NCBI GenBank assembly: GCA_051294375.1
Contig: CM119264.1
Span: 14,844,682-14,908,681 of the forward strand
Direction: 5' to 3'
Source of the DNA: Paraspadella gotoi
Lineage: Eukaryota > Animalia > Chaetognatha
Length of the DNA stretch: 64,000 bases
Shown here: one piece after another, positions 41,475 through 56,700 of the stretch
How positions within the stretch are numbered: the stretch's first letter is position 1
Layout: each line of letters opens with the position of its first letter
Translations under genes and position numbers: made by a program
Notes under the pieces: generated by a model
What the model was told of the DNA's origin: nothing
The model's input: the letters and a program-made list of their open reading frames with translations, nothing else
The model's database searches: none

Positions 41475-41858
41475 AATTAAGTGAAATTTTGTTTTGTTTA
41501 CAAACAACGAATTTGTTTTTAATTTCAAGTCGAAAAACGTACATGTTTCGGCTAGTATGTTAGATTTTTAGTTTTTTAATTTTATTGTCCATATACATTG
41601 CTTATATTTCATTTTTCTTTCACACACTCTCTCTCTCATCCAAGCTTGTCCCCAATCTTAACATGTCCTCAATCTCTCACTGTCCTTTTCTCAAACCTTT
41701 CTCTCTCTCTCTCCAATACCAAATCTGTGACATTTTTTTCACAACTTATTATTTTTGCGGTGATGAAGGCTATCATACTAGCCGAAGCATGTTCGTTTTT
41801 CTACTTGGAAATAAAAACAAATTCGTTATTTGTAAACAAAACAAAATTTTACTTAATT
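41475..41858. mobile_element. MITE with ~85 bp terminal inverted repeats
   Basis: aattaagtgaaattttgttttgtttacaaacaacgaatttg...cggctagtatg pairs with catactagccg...caaattcgttatttgtaaacaaaacaaaattttacttaatt. Confidence 0.75.
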
Positions 41859-43384
41859 CTAAAGTCATTAAGATAGAAAAAAAATTTAGTGCAGCTAAAT
41901 GAAAAAGTCGCAATTACCGCTTAATGAAAAGCTTTAAAAAAAACAACTTTTTAAAATGAACTATCAAGAAGGCTAGTTCGTGTGTTCAAGCAATCAACCA
42001 ATCAGTCATGAAATTTGCTTAACTATTGTAAAACGAAAACGATTCGTTTTTTGATAGTGGAAATCTACCGTGATTATCTTTTAGTTTGGAGGAAATGCGG
42101 TTTTTATCGTCTGGGTCGTTCGTCTGCAAGGAAGAAGGCCGACGGTTATGAGTCGGTCGAAAACTGGCAAGAGGCAGCGGCTGAGATCGCCAAGAAAAAG
42201 CAATGCTCATAAAATCATCCTCCCGTGGAAAAAGTATCCCCCGGGGCTGGAAAGACCGAGAAAAAAGTTTTAAGAGGGGTTTTTATTGTGGCGATTGGTT
42301 CTTAGTTCCCGCTAATGTGCGTCTTTCAGGTCTGGTCGCCCCGTAAGACGAGAATCGAAGGCGATCCTTGAGTCGGTTCACATTCACAGTAATGGTAAAC
42401 GTTAGTTAGCAAAAAGATGATAATGAGATTGTTCGGATATAATCCAACTTATTTAACTTCATCATTAAATGAGAAAAATAAAAATCGAAGTAGCAGTTTC
42501 ATCTACTCGGATGCTTATGTCTTATCCGTATCTTCCCCCTTGGCAAAGAAAGAATTTCTAACCCAGAAGTGAAGAGGCTTCCCAGCCGGCCTTTGCTCGC
42601 CCTTGTCGCACCGATCGAACTCTTGACTGGGTAAGTCCACCACCCGCTTTTCTTTGGGCCTATCCGACTGTGACGATGCCCTCAATAACCGACGATAACC
42701 TTTGATAAATCATTTTTAGGATGATATTCTGGGTTTTTTTTTAGAAATTCGACGATTCTCGGATATTTATTTTCTCCAAGCGGTTTTTTCCGGTAATTGC
42801 CTCTAAATTCTTGTAAGAAAAGAAGGCCCCTGAGGCTCACTTAAAAATGTCGGTCCAATAGTAGTTTTTGTTTTTCAAAGTTTCCCTACTTATTCTACAA
42901 AGTCAAAAAAAGAGATGTAATAGTGGAAATAAGTAACGAATAAAAGTGCGAATTATATATATATTGTTTATTTGTAATATTTTATCATAGCCGCAATTTA
43001 CAATTTAGATTAGATTTCAATTATTTAAACTACATTTGATGTCATTTTATAATCGATATAGTATATTTTTGGGAGACATAAGATATTCTTTTAAATCTCA
43101 AGCTCAATTTTTTGGTGACACTTTCATCGGTTAATTAAAAAAAGAATTCACGACACAATCACAAGAATTTTTTTCTCTGTTTGTCACTGTCATCTATTTT
43201 TACACATTCCCCAATCGGTGAATGCGGGGGGAATGATAGCGGTGATCTTTGCCTCGTCGACGCGACCACCCCCGCAGCGTCGTCCGCGGCCTCAGCCGCA
43301 GCCCTCGCCGAGGGCTTTGGGGGCTGCGGTGGAGAACGAATCCAAAGGGGATTCCGTCATTCATACGCGCTAATATTTTCACCG

Positions 43385-43418
<34 letters not shown>

Positions 43419-44784
43419 CACACACACACACTTTCTTCCAAATAAAAGCAGTGTCCTTGTCGCGATAACGGAGACTGGAGACCGAAGACAGAATTTTTTT
43501 TATTCTGTCGCGCTTATCTTGCTTGATTTTTAGGAAAAATAGTTTCGCTTCTCGCTCCGCTTTTGGAATTCTGCTCAGCATCACTTAATAATAACTTAAG
43601 TTGTTTCAATGTTTTAAATTTGCATCGATTTAAGTCTCCAACTACCTTGGACCTCGAATGAATTGCACTTTGACGCGGCTCCTTTTCTTCTTCCTTTGAC
43701 TCACAATTAATGATTCTCCAAAAAAAAAAAGTGAAAAAATAAAACATTACGATGTCACGGAAGACGATCGAGGGATTTCCTCGTCGCTCCTCTCGATTTC
43801 CTCTCGATCTTTTTCTCAAAGGAAGATCCAGTGTCTCCGACATGCAAATCGTCATTCTCTCTTTATTTTCGCGCGGTGGGGGTTTTCTTATTTTTCACCG
43901 TCTTTAACCATTCTCTTTCCTTTTTTTTTTTTTACAAAGGCCTGGATTTTTTTTCACGGTTCAGGCGCCGGTTCCTAAGTTCGTTGTTGACTCGGTCCTT
44001 TTTGGTCTTATTTCTTCGAATCCAATTCGCTTTGTTTTTATTTTTGGATTTATACTTGAAACTTAATCTGCATCCTTAACGCTTCGAGTGCTTGGGGAAA
44101 CTCGTGCAATGAAATTACTTTTCTTTCCCAATTTCCTTCTATTTTCCTCTTTGTAGAATAAATCCATATTAAGTGATTGTTATACAATTTTAGAATTAAG
44201 TGCTTTTCTCGCCATAAATTAATAGCATTACTTTCTTCAAAGTGTCACATCTCGCCTGGTCGCGTCACCGTGTGAGTTAAAACTAAATTCTTTTAAAAAA
44301 AGATTCTTATATTCGCAAGCAATCAAGTTTTTTTGTTTTTTTGATAGACTGGCTTGAAAGCGTACGATGACACGCGATTTCTTTTTTGTCTGTGGTCCAA
44401 AGAAAACTATGTAAAGTTTTGACGAAAAGAAAAAAAAGAAAAGAATTCTCTTTCACGAGTTATACTTTTTAATCGGCTCCTCCATCTCAAATGTAAGATA
44501 GGCAGGATTTTCTTCTCTATCCAAGTTTTGATTTTGTTTGGCCGCTGCTTGGAATCCTGAATTCTTCGGATGCCCCCTCGGTCTTGGAGCTCTGAGCCGA
44601 AGGAATATCGCGTAAACCCTTTTTGTTCAACCTAATCAAAACCAACTAACCATCCTCGATTTTCTATCTATGTACAAGTATAGACTTACGCGAAGGAAAC
44701 GTTTTGCGACGGGATCCTCTCTTCATCTTGCAACGCTGCTACCTCCGAAATATAGGGATTACTAACAAAACTACCCAAAAGAGA

Positions 44785-47700
44785 ATGAAGCCACCGACAC
44801 GTATCCGGCCGGCAACGCCGCATATCTTGCCGCCCCTCTTGCCGCTTTGCCTTCTGTCCTTGGCGTGGACGAAACTCTCTCATGCTCAAAACTTTCCTGG
44901 GTTCGAGCCCAACGCCGTCGAACTTCCTCTTCCCATCTACTTCACCGAAACCGGGAACGTATACGATACGTATCCTAACTCACTTCCGGGTGCGCCCGGG
45001 GGAAGACCCTCTCCCTGCCAGGAAAGCAGCTGCTATCCGGCGACAGGGGATCTGCTCATTGGAAGAGAGGATCAACTGGCCGCAAGGTAAGTGTGTTTGG
45101 TTAGAATGGGAAGGCTAAAATTTCGGGCTTACTTCTGTTCGAATAATGTTTTAAAAGTACCAGTCTTTGTTTCTTAAAGTTCGTGCCGGTCTTGCCAGTT
45201 AAACAGGAATTGACAATTACATGATTAATAAGGTGAAAGAAAGAGTACAATATCAATATGTAAACTTTCAGGGAAAACTGGATAAGGCTTAAACTTTAAA
45301 AGGGCATAAGATTAAACAATCATAAATTGACTTTCGGAGACTGGGGTTAGGGGGGCTTAGGGTTAAAAGTGGTTTAGAGGTAGGTTAGGGGTGATTAGGG
45401 TTAGGGGGTTTAGGGTTAGGGTAATAAGATGATAAATTTTTGAACAAATTTTTTTAAAATTTAGTTGTTTTTTTAAAGAAGCCAACAACCCAGTCGGCGA
45501 AAGTAAAATTTTACTTTTCTTCACTCTGTTATAATATATGTATATTAGGTAGATTTAGAATGTTTACGTTAATAAATTAACGTTCAAGTTCTCTCACAGT
45601 AATCATTTCCTAACAACCTTGACATTTATTGTAGTTTAACTGAGTTGGTGAGGCTTCTGGTTGACAGCTGTTAGTATTATGTTTGTCCTTTTCGAAAATT
45701 TGTTTTGCTGCGGAGAACAACTTATATAGTTTGAGTCGCGTGAATAATTTGCAGAAAATGAAATGAAAAAAAGTTGAATAAGAAAGCAAAACTGAGGCTA
45801 TTTGCTATTTTACCGTTAGGAGCGCTTCTCTAAAAAGTTACTCTTTTCTCTCCATCCCCTTTCTTCGTTTCTTTATTATCTTGAGCTGTTGACCTCGTTT
45901 TACGTCCTGGTCAAAAAATGCTAGATCGGTCCCGAGACGCTGACTCACTCTTTCCTCTCGAGAAAAAGCGGAGAAGTAATAGCTGCATTCTTTTTCTTTA
46001 GACCAACTTCTCGGGATCTTGGTGGAAAGGTCGGTGTATAAATTTTTACGGGGTGAATGAAGGCGATGAACGCGGAAAGCGGCCGTTAAAAAAAAAAAAA
46101 GAGAGAGAGAGAGAGAGATGAGGATGAGCCAAGGAAATGTTTCGAAGAACGCGAGAATGTTTTCTCGTTGAGCAATTCAAAGTTCGTATCAAACGACGAA
46201 CGTCGATGTTATTACAAGTTTTACGTCTGGTCGATGCCCGACGGGTTTGGTTTTTCCCCGGACCTTTCGGCGAGGCACCGGTTTCCTCGTCAGTCTTGCC
46301 TCTCTATTTATTGATCTTTTCTTCATTATTTACCAAATCTTAGCTTGTGGTGGTAGCCAAAAACTGGGCAACCAACGTTAGGAACCTAGAACTTTTAACT
46401 CTCTAAGAATGGGATAGTGATTTTGAGTGAAATATTATGAATTTGCTGAGAGACTTGTGATCAAAGAAAATATTGAAAAGAAGTGGACGATAATTAATTT
46501 TGATCATTATTTACTTATAGTTCGACTTGCGGTTTGAAATCTCCGCAACGATACTGCGTTATCTCGCATCTGGACGACAGCAAGAAATGTTTTACTTGCG
46601 ACAGCAGGGAGCCTCACAGGTTTTATATGGTGGGGTTTGCTAATTAAAAAAAATTTTTATTCAATTATAAAAGTTTGGTCCAAGTAATTAAGATAAAAAA
46701 AAAAAAAAAACAGAAGTGGATTGAATGAACAAAGTCATCGGATTGAAAATGTCGTGTCTTCCTTCGCCAATCGACGGCCGACTTGGTGGCAAGCCGAAAA
46801 CGGCAAGGAGGAGGTTTCTATTCAGGTAAATCAAGTCCAAATATCATCGCCAACGTTTGAGTAACCTACAATCTTTAACCGGCCTCGGCACAAGGTTACC
46901 TCTTGTAAATAATCCCTCGGTGGATGGTTGCAGCTTTTGATTTAAGAATAGCTGCAGAGATGAGTGATGCCTTTGAAACCATGGCTTGCTTTAAACAAAA
47001 AGTTTAACCGAAAGATTTAGCATTTGTTCGGTTTGTCCCTATGCATTTTTTCATCTCGTTATACATTTTAGTATACTACCCTTTCGGAATTTTTGGTACG
47101 CCACACATGTTTTTTACTATTCTCAACCCTTATCGTTTTCTTCGACGAGAACCTTGGCACAGCCACACTGTTATCTTTCAAGAGACTTTTCAACAAATTT
47201 CAATATCTTTTAAACTAAAGAACCATTTTGACGCGAAATTCGACAACGATTTATTCACGATTTTATTAAGAGTTAAAACGATAAAGTCTTCTCAGCGCAT
47301 TAATGACAGAAAGGAAGTGTTTCCGGATTAGGCAGATTAACCCCCCCTTCATTTTAATGCGATAATAGGGGCCCGTTATCTTGTTGATGAAACGTAATTA
47401 ATGCGAATTATCATCAGTTAAAAAAACATTTTTTAAACTTAGTAACCCTCCCACCTTTTAGCTCGATTTGGAGGCGGAATTCCACTTCACACATCTCATC
47501 ATGACTTTCAAAACGTTCCGTCCGGCAGCGATGATTATCGAAAGGTCGGCCGACTATGGTAAAACCTGGAAGATCTATCGCTACTTTGCTTGGGACTGCG
47601 CTAACTGGTTTCCAGGTTAGTAGTCTTGAATAAGCTTTGGAGCGCTTATCCTTAAGCTCCGCATAATAATTATATAATTTTAAAACCCTGGAACAAACAT

Positions 47701-50700
47701 TTTCATTGCTAAAAAAGTTCGCTTTATCAGTAAATGTTTATTTGGTGAGATAAGCCTTTTTTTACGATCAGGAGTTAACAACTTTTCTTTTCAGAAGAAA
47801 ATAGAAGGGGGGGCGGGGGAATTGGAAAGGAAGGAAATTTTTGTGAGACTTCGATCGTCGGCCTCCTTCTCGACGGGATTTGACAAAAACAAAACATTTC
47901 ATCGAGCCTTGCCCTGCCAAAAAACGAGGATTTCTATGTGAACTCACATCTCATAAAACTACCGCGTCTTTATCTCGTGACGCAGACATTCCAACACCTT
48001 CTAAAACATAAGCATAATTTATTGTTATTTCCTTGGCTGGTCCGTTTTTTGACCCGTTTTTTTCTCATGAACTTTTTTTTCCAAGTTTTTTTCATACTTT
48101 ATTTTTCCTTTTGTTCCAGTTTCCGCGCCTTTTTCAAATTTTTTATTATACTACCGCTTTTTCTTTTTTTTTTCATCTTTTCTTTATGCAAACCAGTGCT
48201 TATTTCATGAACTTTAAAATCTAATTTATTAAAAAATATCAAAATCATGTGTATAAATTTGATATTGATCAGTTAAGATATGGCTTTGAAAATGGGCTTT
48301 TATTTTCCAGCTCAGTTTTTAAATTAAATTTTTTTTTATTAATTAAAATATTAATATTACTATCTTCTGAAAGCATTTAAAAATGTAAACAGAATGATAT
48401 ATTTTAAAATTTAACCTGCCTAGCTTCTGTTCATTTAAGAGAGTTAAAATGGAATTATTTAAAATTTAAAATCTATTTTTAAATTATATAACTTATTTAA
48501 ATTATTATAATCTAAAAAATCATTATTTATATGGATATTATAAAAAAGTCCCCAAAAAATTGATTTAATAAAGTTAATCAGAATTAAATAATAATCTTAT
48601 ATTTGCTTTTTATTTATTTTTTTTAAAAAGTTTCGGTTTTGATTATCCTAAATAAATTTAGGCTGGGCAGCTTAAATTTATATTACAGTAATTGTAAATA
48701 CATCATTATTTTCATATTTGCGGGAGCTTTCAAAAGATAATAATATCGATACTATTTTATTCAATAATTTTTAAAAAGCTTATTGAATGTCAGAGAAAAA
48801 AATGAATATAAAAAGAGTGAGTTTAAATATGAGAGACGGTTTTCAAATCTATCTTCCTGCTATCATTGCTAAATCATATTAAAATCTATTCCTTTAAAAT
48901 TTGCATATATAAATAGTTTTGGTTTTTAATTTTAAATTAACATTTAATATTAAAAAAATCCTTACAGGTTTGCAAATGGCAGCGTTTTTCTAGCGGGGTT
49001 TTTATATCTTATCGAAAAAGGAAAATGAAAACGTGTGATGACTTCATCATCCTTCCTTTTCACTCTCTTTAGCATGTTTTTAATATTTTCATTTCCCCCC
49101 TTTTTTTTTCTTTTAACCCCCTTCTCGTCAAAGGCGTGAAGCCGGCGCCCCAAAGGTCGATCACTGATATTGTTTGCGAGTCGCGATACTCGGACGTGGC
49201 CCCTTCCACTCGCGGGGAGATCATCTTCCGAGTTCTTAGTCCAAATCTCGAGATAGAGGATCCTTACGCCCAAGAAGTTCAGGATCTGTTGAAGGTAATT
49301 CGGAAATAAATATAAAATTGTCGAGTTACATATTTAGGCTGGTGTTATTAACGTATTTGATTATGTCGTTAATTTTTTAAACCCTTATTGAAATTGTTAA
49401 TTACATTTTTTCCGGGTAGATGACGAATCTCAGAATAAACTTCACTCGACTGCATAATTTGGGTGATAATTTGCTAGATCCTCGGGACGAAATTCAGGAA
49501 AAGTATTATTATGCAATTTACGACATGGTAGTCAGAGGGTCCTGCTCCTGCTATGGGCATGCCTCCAGGTGATTAACACAAACGACTGCCAGCAAATATT
49601 TGGCTTCAAACTAAAGTTCCAGCTTATGACTGACTAGGTGCATTCCGCTTGACAATCAGCAAGTATTACGTCAAGATATGGTTTACGGGAAATGCGAGTG
49701 TCAACATAATACTAAAGGTTTGAACTGCGAGAGATGCGAAGACTTTTTCAACGATTTGCCTTGGATGCCAGCTATCGGCACCACCACCAATGCTTGTAAA
49801 AGATGCGAGTGCAACGGACACGCCACCAGGTAAAATCGGATTGACTTTTTAAGTTTAATGTTTTATTTTTTAACATTTTTATCGTTTGGATATTTAAGAT
49901 GTCACTTTGATCCGACGCTGTTCCTCAACTCTGGCAACCGGAGTGGCGGTATTTGTGACGACTGTGCCCACAACACTATGGGAAACAATTGTCAAGAATG
50001 TCGACCAGGATATTATCAGGTTAATATTTACTTAGTTTATAGACAAAGTACAAAGATTTGTATGGATTAATATGTAATGCAAACCAAATTAATTTAGGAT
50101 CCAACCCGCGACATTCGCGATCCGGCGATCTGCCAAGCCTGCGACTGCGACCGCGTTGGAAGCCAAAACAATGGCGAATGCGAGTCGCGCACTGATGCGA
50201 CCCACGATCTCGTCGCCGGCAGGTGTATCTGTAAGCGCAATGTCGGTGGTCCCAGGTGCGATAAGTGCAAAGCCGGCTATTGGAACCGTCGCGTCGACAG
50301 CCCGGATGGTTGCGAACCCTGCAGGTACAAAATAACAAATTAATTGACAAAATAAATAAAATATATTTTTAATCAATTTTTATCGTTTTTTTTTTTTTTT
50401 TTTGAGGTGCGACACTTTCGGAACGGTTGACAACCGAGGCTGCGACGAAATTTCCGGCGAGTGTACTTGCAAGCGTTTCGTGGAAGGTCGAAACTGCGAC
50501 AGGTGCATGCCCACCTTTTTTGGCCTTTCCGACGATCCAGATGGCTGCAAGCCTTGCGAATGTTATCCTGGCGGCGCCTTTGACAACCAGTGTGATACAG
50601 TCAACGGACAATGCCGTTGCAAACCCCACATGACGGGCAGAAGATGCGACTCGCCTGTTTCCGGTCGATATTGCGTCCTAATGGATTTTTACCGGTGAGA

Positions 50701-53700
50701 AGCAAACTCCTGCTTAGTTAATTTCTGATTACTAAGATAGCTATAATTTTATTTTATTTCATTAGCTATGAGGCGGAATATTCGCGGGGAGAGCGAAAGG
50801 CTAATGTGATCGTCCGCTCCCCTTCTCCCGAGCGGCCTACCACATGGACGGGGGAAGGATTCATGGAAGTTCATGAGGGCGACAAGCTCGTTTTCGAGGT
50901 TAACAATGTCGCCAAGTCGATGGAGTACGAGATGGTAGTCCGATACGAGCCGCAACAGTCGAGAGCGTGGGACGACGTTCGAATAACTGTGACTCGGCCG
51001 GGACCCATCGACCAGAATGGACCCTGCAGCAACACCATTCCGCAGGTAAAAGTTTAATCCATGTTGTCGTTGATCCTCAATATCCTGACAAAATCCCTAT
51101 CTTTTTTTTTCACTCACAAGGATGATCTGAAGGCTGCTCATCTTCCGCCCGGCAATCGCTACTACATCGTGTCGTCTCCGGTTTGCCTCGAACGCGGGGT
51201 ACGCTACACCATTACCCTCGACTTCCAGCGTTATCAATCGGGGCAAGTAACGCCGGACGCTACGTTGCTTGTCGACTCTCTCGTCCTTGTTCCTACCGTC
51301 GATTCCATTGAAGTTTTTCAAGGAAGAGGTCGTCCCGAGGAAATGAAGAACGAGTTTGTCAGGTATGCTGAGTTTCAATCAATTTCAAAACTTTTACTCA
51401 TGCCATGGGTAAAATTTTGATTGGTTGCGTGAGTAAAACAGAATTAACCCTTATGATTTCTGAATTAATTTCTTTTTCAATGCATATAATTAGGGGATAT
51501 ATAATATTTACAATTTATACATAATATTATATATACATTGCATCTCGTCAGATCCTGAATATCTTGTATTATCTTGTATTATCTTGTAAGAGTGATGGAG
51601 GCCTTAAACCACCAAAGCCTGTCCAAAGTCGGGGGCAAGATAGCTTATTTATTAAATGAATGGATAATTTTTATATTGGTTGTACCAATTTCATATATTT
51701 TTGCGGTTAATTTTATCTTTACGTAGATGTTTTCTCTTTTGTTGGTCTTGAAAGAAAAACAAAAGATACTTTTTTTAAATCAAGCCTTCTTAAAAATAAT
51801 ATATAGTAATAATTATAATATAATAATAATAATACATACATCTATTTCCATAATTTTCTATTACAGGTACCGATGTCGCGAGAACGCTTTCGGGGCCGTC
51901 AAGCCACAACTTTCGGATGCCTGCAAGAAGTACGTTTGCTCCGTTGGCACAGCCATCACGCCGGTCCAAGCCTGCGAATGTGATCCGACCGGCGCCCTCA
52001 GCACCGTCTGCTCTCATCTCGGGGGTCAGTGCCGTTGTAAGGCCAACGTCATCGGACGCAAGTGTGACAAGTGCGCCCCAGGATTTTGGGGATTCGGACC
52101 GCAAGGGTGCCAGCGTGAGTAACGAAGGGTGAATTAAAGAGGAAGAAAAAAAGGTTAGATTAGATTAGGTTTTCCACAAAATTGTTTTCTTTTAGCGTGT
52201 AACTGCGAGTCATCTGGCTCTCGGTCCAACTTTTGCGACGAAGTGACGGGTCAGTGCCCGTGCACTCCACGCGCTTATGGACGCCGCTGTGATGAATGTC
52301 AACCTGGTTACTACGGATTTCCTAACTGCCTTCCATGCAAATGTAACGGACACGCTGTCAGTTGCAATCCACTCACTGGAGTTTGTCTCAACTGCTCGGT
52401 GTGTAATTAAACTTCAAAGATTATGGTTTTTAGCATATCCCGACTCTATAATTCACTTTGTCGGTCCGTCGGTCCGCCCCCTCAATATTGTCGGGCACAC
52501 ACTTATATCATGTCAGAACATCAAATTATGATAAATTATGCAAAAAAAATGATGTCCGTCCGTCCCACCTTAGTAAAAAACACCAATTATTCGTGATTGG
52601 ATGGATGGATTTGAATGTAATTTTGTGTGTGGGTAGGGAAGTGTGTGATTGAGCTGGATATGAAGTTTCGATGGAATCGTCCGAGTGGAAATGAGTTGAA
52701 ATGGAAAAAACAAAAAAATATATTTCTTTATTTGAACACCAATTGCTCATGAGTGGATGGGGCGATTGACCTTGAATTTGGTAAGTAGGTAGGAAAGTGT
52801 GTGATTAAGCTTCGATGGAATCGTCTTAGTGGAAATGAGTTTAAATGGAAAAAACAAAAAAACCTGTTTCACTAATTGATTATGCTTCTTTTTTTCTTTT
52901 ATATCAAATGTAAATGCAGGATGTATTAATTAATCAAATAATTAATAAATTAGTCAATTAATTAATAAATAATTAATCGGTCAATAAATTAAGTCAATCA
53001 TTATCGGCATTATTCTCATCGTCGTCATTGCTTTTGTCGTGGTTAGTGACGAAAAGACCTAAAAACAAAAATTTGGGATTTAATTAATTACTTGCCTAAT
53101 TAATTAATTAATTAACTTGAATAATTTAATTATTTATTAATTAATTACCGATAATGATCGTGGGCAGATCCGACATTGTTTGCTCAAACCTATTTTTACA
53201 TACATTATTAATTTTCCGAACGTGATTTACCTTTTTACCAAAGGATCACACTAGTGGTGCCAACTGTGACCGCTGTCTGGACGGTTATTACGGCGACCCA
53301 CGTCTAGGTGCCTCCAGTCTTCCTTGTCGTCCATGCATGTGCCCAGGTGGACTCAATTCCACTCAACAATTTGCGCCCACCTGTTCGCTCGTACCCGACC
53401 CTCTCGATCCGACGGATCAAGAAGTCAGGTGCAACTGCGAAATCGGCTACGCTGGATCTCGCTGCGACAAATGTAGCGACAACTACTACGGCAATCCCTT
53501 GGCGCCCGGAGGGACTTGTAAGCCTTGTATCTGCAACAATAACATCAACCTGAACGACCCCGGTTCCTGCGATCAAGAGACCGGTCAGTGCCTCAAATGC
53601 CTTTACAACACAGAAGGCTTCAATTGCGAACGCTGTCAGAAAGGTTATTATGGAGATGCTGAGCTACAGGATTGTCGGCCCTGCTCTTGCAACTTGCTTG

Positions 53701-56700
53701 GCACCGACCAAAGCAGAATGGGAGAATGCGACCGTGACAATGGCCAGTGTGACTGCCTGCCTAATGTGGAAGGGCGTCAGTGCGATCGTTGTGCTGCAGA
53801 CCATTGGAAGATCGCTTCGGGAGCTGGATGCGAACGCTGTGACTGTGACCCCGTCGGTTCTCAAAACTCTCAGTGTAACGAGTTTACTGGCCAGTGTCTT
53901 TGTAACCCTAAACGCGGAGGGCGCGCTTGCGCTGACTGCGAGGATTACCATTGGGGTGACCCAACAAAAAACGAATGTCAACCTTGCGACTGCCATCCCG
54001 AGGGGTCGCTCAGCCTCCAGTGCGATCGCCAAACCGGACGTTGCGCCTGCGAAAAAGGCGTCACCGGTGATAAGTGTGACCGTTGCGACCGTGGCACCAC
54101 GGGCACTTTGCCCGACTGTCAACCCTGCGGCGAGTGTTTCGATAATTGGGATTCTGTCATCCAGGGTCTCTTAAACGAGACGAAGTTCCTGGTTGGGTTG
54201 GCCAAAGAACTTAAGCAAAACGGCACCGTCGGGAGCTATTCGAAGTCATTGGAGCGGCTAGAGGAAAAATTGCTCAATGTGGCAAGAATCATGGATGATA
54301 GTCAGGTCAGGGAAGAAGACGTGGCCGATTTAATTTCAAGGGTTTCGGATTTAAAAAAACAGATGGAGGAAGAAACCGAAAAAATCAAGGAGACCGATGC
54401 TAAGTTAAGAAGCGTGAAAAGGGAGAATGACGATGCGAGGAACAAGTTGTCCGAGACAGAGGTAATGCTTATAGTAAATGCTCTCTGCGACCAAAACTTT
54501 ACACCTAAAATACTAATTTCCTTGAATTAGGATGCGGTGGAAGAAAAGTCTCAGGATATGAAGCGCCTTATAGCCAACATTGCAGAAGTCAAGAAAAAGG
54601 ACTTGGGTTATGTCTTTGAACAAATTAAAGAGGACAATGAGACTTCGCATTCTACCGTTGACAGAATCGCAGTCGCTGCTGACAATGTAGAGGAGTCAAT
54701 GCGAACTAGACAGAAAGTGCGTATATTATATCGAAAATTTATATATATATATACTATAAAGGTTTTGTAAGGAAGATTAAAAAAAAACCTTTTCGATAAA
54801 TTTTTTTATTCATTAGACCGAAAAACTTCTGGAGGATCGCGCTATGGAGTTTGAACGCCAGTATAAAGCCAATAACGCGACTTTGGCTGAGATTGAGGCA
54901 TTCGCAACATCGGCCGAAGGTTCCATGTCAGTCATCAGTGGACTCACCTGCGGTGGAATCAAATGTGACGGTGAATGTGGTGGAATCGGCTGTTCGAACA
55001 GCACGACAGAATGCGGAGGAGTCGCCGGCTCTGCATGCAACGGGAGCATGAGGTTAAAAGACTTACTATTGCTTTTCGGAAAAATTTGACAAACATATTT
55101 ATCAGAATCCACCCAATTTCAGATATGCCAAAGAAGCCGAGGAATTGGCTTCGGCCGTCGAAAAAGAGCTCGACTCGAAATTGACCGTAGCGAAGCAGAC
55201 ACGCGAGAAGGCTGCGGCTGCAGCCGCCAACGCTTCTGAAGCAAACGTTGCAGCACACACCGCCTTCAACGCTTCAGTCGACGCCCGCGACGAGGCTGTG
55301 AATGCCAGCGAGACTTTGAAGAAGCTCCTTGAGAAGATTACTGGCTTTTTGGAAGGCGATATTACAACTATCAGCGAGATCAAAACGCTCGTCAATATGA
55401 CTCTTGATATAAGCATTGGACAGGTACGATTAATAGTGTTTTTAATTCTTTCTCAATTCTTAATATATTTTTAATTTTATTTAGGATCCCAAGGCGATCG
55501 ACGAACTGGCCAAGCGAATCAACGCCACGATTCGCAGCCTCAGTAATATAGACGCAATACTCGAAAAGACACACGCGAACCTCTCCAACGCCGAGGATCT
55601 AAAGAAAAGGGCCAAAGAGGCCAAGGATAAGTCTGACGACATCCTAGGTAGCTCTTTTTGTTGTTTTTTTTACTTGGTGTCGCGATGCTGTTTAGGTGCC
55701 GAAGGTCTGCTTTAACCCTCATATTCTGCATTTCAGTTAAGGCTCGCGGTATAGTGGCAAAGATAGAAGAGGCCAAGATATTGAACGATCGAACCAAGTC
55801 GGCTCTTGATGTTGCAGAAGAGAAGGTAGTCAATTCGATCAGAAAAATATCCTGAATGTCTGATTAAGAATTTCTTTTTAATTTTCAGATGGCAACAGCT
55901 GACTCTCACTTGGCGCAGATCAGATCTGAAGCGTCGGTAGCTAAACATTCCAGCGCCCAATCAATCAAAAAGCTTGAATATATGGACGACCGCGTTGATC
56001 TCCTGCGAAAGGTTAGTTCGGGGTGACAAAAAAAATCACAATTCCCCTTAAATTTTAAGTTAAAATGATATCCACTTTCCACACCTTCCAGAAAATTACG
56101 AAGTACGAAGTTGTGGTGAATTCGCTGGATGTAGCTGCGTCCCAGCTAAACGCAACATCAACGGAGTCAGCGGAGCGAGCCACACGCGTGCAAGACTCCT
56201 TTGACGCAGCAGCAGCTGCTTTGGATAAAAAGATGGGGGCCGGCGGCGCCGACGCAGTTCTCAACGCTAAGCAATTGAGAGACCGAGCAGAAAAGCTTTA
56301 CAAAGATACTTCGGATAAATTACTACGACTCCAGGTCAGGGCAGAGAGGGTGAGAACGTGAGCATTTATTATACAGAATACTAATCAGTCGTAATTAAAA
56401 TCGCCGAATTGTTTTTTTTTATCGCGGTGGTTTTGCACATAAGTTATTAAATATGTTTTGTTTACGTTTTATCAAAACAAATAAATTTTTTTTGTCTCCT
56501 TCTGTCTCTCTTTTCTCCTTTAATTATATGTAGCTGTCTCTCTCTCTTTTACCCAGGCTGATTCATCGGAAAAAAAAACGAGTCTGCAGCTGGCTCTCTC
56601 AGGGGCTTTTTCTTTTTCTCTCTTTTCTCCTGCTGCTTCTGCCTTTTGATTTCTTTTTTTCTGGCTGCCTCTGCTGCTGCCGCTGCTGATTCGTCCGAAA

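Noticed and set aside
42015-43533. Short ORFs and GC-rich patches upstream of laminin
   Set aside because: No homology recognised and no coherent exon chain; more likely promoter or 5' UTR sequence.
45340-45425. Interstitial telomere or chromosome fusion site
   Set aside because: The repeats are short, degenerate and embedded in a dispersed element with inverted termini.
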